Source: Octopus sinensis
Lineage: Eukaryota
Length of the DNA: 64,000 nt
Direction: 5' to 3'
Assembly (NCBI RefSeq): GCF_006345805.1
Contig: NC_042999.1
Coordinates: forward strand, 58,156,001-58,220,000
Shown here: piece after piece, positions 61,124 to 64,000 of the stretch
How the letters are laid out: each line of letters begins with the position of its first letter
Position numbering within the stretch: position 1 is the stretch's first letter
Notes under the pieces: model-generated
What the model saw: only the letters and a program-made list of their open reading frames with translations
Databases searched by the model: none
What the model was told of the DNA's origin: nothing
Made by a program: the position numbers and the translations under genes

Positions 61124-61839
61124 ATATATATATATATATCTGAAACAAAGGGAAAAAAGGATTGAAAGTCTAGGCGAATACTTTATACTGTAGGGATCAA
61201 ACTTATCTAACTAGATTGTCCAGTGAAAGCTATAGTAATTCACTTAGACCGTAAATTTACTTTCCACTTCCTGTCTAATTTGTAAATCTTAAGTTCAATC
61301 ACCAAACAAATCCCGTATAAGGCCAGAGAGTCAGTAGAGAATTATTAATTATTTAATCAGCTTACCGACGTTTCGAATAGATTAAGAAATTCCCAAAATG
61401 TGCAATGTAGTAATCAGGTATATTAATTGATCTCATATTTGATCGACTAATATTCTATTGAGATATAAAAATTTTACACCATACTATCCTTATGAAGGCT
61501 ATACCACACTGCATGGAATAGGTAACATTTTAAGGACGATAGAAATTAGTAAAACTAACAATATTGACCGCAAGTGGGTATTTCAACAGACCTATTTAGG
61601 AATTGCATTTACCAGATCATGATAGTATTGTAATATGATACTTAATTTCTACAATCCATCCTAGAAGCTTGAAGAATGTTTATGACAAAATTTCTATCAC
61701 ATTTAAACTACTACTAACCAATTCATATACATAGAACCATACTGTGTAGTAGATATATCATTTAGGTTACGATGAAAATGTCATCTGATCAGTATTAATT
61801 CTAAATATAAACTATAAGTAGAAGAAAACACGTTGAATT

Positions 61840-62793
61840 TGTAGCGTACGTCTTGATGGAGATTCCTCTCTCTCTCTCTCTATTATATATACATAAATAC
61901 AGACGTAGTAGATAACAGCTAGCCTTCGGCCGCCCTTTTAGACGCTGTTGTGTCCACTACTCTGATTGGTTGGTATTGGCACAATTTGTCTCTTGCTCTG
62001 TTGCGCGCCAATATGCAACCCAACCAATCGCAGCCTTCTGATAAGGTCACGCGAAACAGTCTCTTCTAAACATCAGTTTGCGCCGATTGCTCCCTATAAA
62101 ACTTCAGCGACATATCGAGTCGATGTCTTTCGGTTCCAGACTTTCTGAGGTCTAACCACTGACCACACAGGACGCAGCCAATTCCAGCGACGACACAACA
62201 GCAGCCACATGGAGACTCGTCAACTTTGTTCAGCAGCATTCAGGACCTCCATCTCTGTTGTCAGCATTCATCCTAACATCAACATCGCCTGTCTACGTAC
62301 ACAGCAGCCAGCAACCCTCGCACAGGTTCTATCTCCTCACTGTTTGTGAATTACTTCACCATGGTTAACAGTAAATACAACCTGCGAGAACTCCTGTAAC
62401 AAGTGACCATCGGCAGCAGCATCGTAGCCCCAAATTCTTGTACGACATGTACATCAACCGGCTCTGCTTCACCACAACTTCTTGTTACAGCACTTCAACT
62501 ATCGTGTACCTTGACTACGAACTGGTTTTATCATCCTTATGTCTGAACATTCCTCTAACGTCATATTATAGACTCTTTCAATGCTACATGACAGCCTGTC
62601 TATTATTATATATGACGCATACACACACATGTTAACAGAAAAATAAAATCTTCTCTTAAACATTCTACTCGGTTGTGTCTCTCTTTTCCTTCTGGCATTT
62701 ATACTCATTTATCCTTTTCGCATTTATTGTATCGACCGTGTGGTGTACTAAAGGAGCCATTCTCATCACCTCTCCTTCGCACGGTCGTTTACA
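61840..62793 (+). mobile_element. Solo LTR (954 bp), probably Gypsy-type
   Basis: TGTA...TACA termini, 4-bp TSD aatt (61836-61839 / 62794-62797), CCAAT motifs, ctataaaa at ~62093, aataaa at ~62642; no coding remnant. Confidence 0.8.
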
Positions 62794-63066
62794 AATTCAT
62801 GAAAATTTCAAAGGAAAATAAACAATACGTTATTCACCAAGGAAGATAGTCTATGCTTAGATAAAGAACTCATTGAAATAGAATAAGCCTGGTGTTAAAT
62901 TTTTCTATCTCTGTGTGGAATCTTAGTGGATCAAGTATGGGACCAGTAAATACACCCGATTACTGCATCTCAGAGTTTCGGAATTTGCCAATCTATTCGA
63001 AACGTGGGTAAGCTGATTAAATAATATGTAATTCTCCATTCTTTTGTGCTTTACTCACTCTCTCCC

Positions 63067-63110
<44 letters not shown>

Positions 63111-63112
<2 letters not shown>

Positions 63113-63651
63113 AGTGTTTAATAAAATGAAGTAGCATGAAACAATTGTACTACTCTACCTTGGATATACTTGTTGCTTATTTTGATTATAATCACCCCAT
63201 TTGATTTATATGGATAATACCATACAAAATTCTGGTGCCTTTGCTTATATATATATATATATTATATATATATATATATAAGTTCAGCAACATTTAGATT
63301 CAGATGAATATGGTACTTAAGTCAAAGGCACCAGAATTTTGTATGGTATTATCCATATAAATCAAATGGGGTGATTATAATCAAAATAAGCAACAAGTAT
63401 ATCCAAGGTAGTGTAGTACAATTGTTTCATGCTACTTCATTTTATTAAACACTGTAAGTATTACGTCAGTTTTAAAATGTCGAGCAATCTTCAGCCACTT
63501 ACAGAATTTTCCAATCCAACGGACAATGCACATTCTTATCCCTTGAAGATTGCTCGACATTTTAAAACTGAGATAATACTTAGTGTTTAATAAAATGAAG
63601 TAGCATGAAACAATTGTACTACTATACCTTGGATATACTTGTTGCTTATTT

Positions 63652-63655
<4 letters not shown>
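63111..63655. repeat. Nested long inverted repeats between (TA)n tracts
   Basis: 63111-63243 pairs with 63323-63455 (132 of 133); 63380-63493 pairs with 63544-63655 around a 50-nt loop. Confidence 0.95.
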
Positions 63656-63746
<91 letters not shown>

Positions 63747-63850
63747 TACAATTAAGGGCTCCTAAATAAAGATGCCGAGTGCTGGGAACACAAAAAGGGG
63801 ATGAATTTATCGAGAGTGAAAATCAAAAACGTTTACCGATAACTTTAACA

Positions 63851-63924
63851 ACTCGTACCGCGGTTTCTGCTTCTTTCTAGCAAAACACAGAATGTGTTTG
63901 CTAAGGCCAGCTTCATCAGCGAGT
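63851..63924 (-). ncRNA. Type I hammerhead ribozyme in a Penelope-like terminus that runs off the window
   Basis: Minus strand ACUCG-CUGAUGA-AGCU...AGCA-GAAA-CCGCGG-UA^CGAGU: core, stem I, stem II and GUA triplet all present. Confidence 0.75.
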
Positions 63925-64000
63925 CGCCTAAATTTAATCGAGGTCTGCAGCGATGTGGGACTGTGTTGAACCCGACTACTAGCAGATCTTAACTTTTCAA

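Overview
AT-rich, repeat-saturated animal genomic DNA, most likely an octopus. The organism is inferred from the SINE/RTE repertoire and microsatellite load, not proven. The left half carries nine coding exons (3589-28893, +) of EMC2/TTC35, ER membrane protein complex subunit 2. All have GT-AG boundaries and splice into one open frame. The ATG exon was not found and probably lies just upstream of the window. A 100-N scaffold gap lies at 32560-32659. Right of it I can support no host exon, only transposon debris: Tx1/L1-type, CR1-like and RTE LINEs, several tRNA-derived SINE families, mariner/Tc1, a hAT MITE, a solo LTR, Penelope-like termini and large microsatellites. The most interesting signals are: (1) two young copies of an RTE-tailed retroposon sharing an identical body but headed by different, unrelated ~235-240 bp tandem monomers; (2) a hammerhead ribozyme with intact catalytic nucleotides on the minus strand at 63851-63924, plus degenerate relatives; (3) a SINE family whose 3' tail matches the 3' end of the Tx1-like LINE in this window, and which also moves as a TSD-bounded dimer; (4) a CpG-decay footprint in repeats inside EMC2; (5) nested long inverted repeats at 63.1-63.7 kb. 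Repeat boundaries are read by eye and may be off by 10-20 bp unless a TSD or TIR is quoted. SINE family labels B and C are my own.
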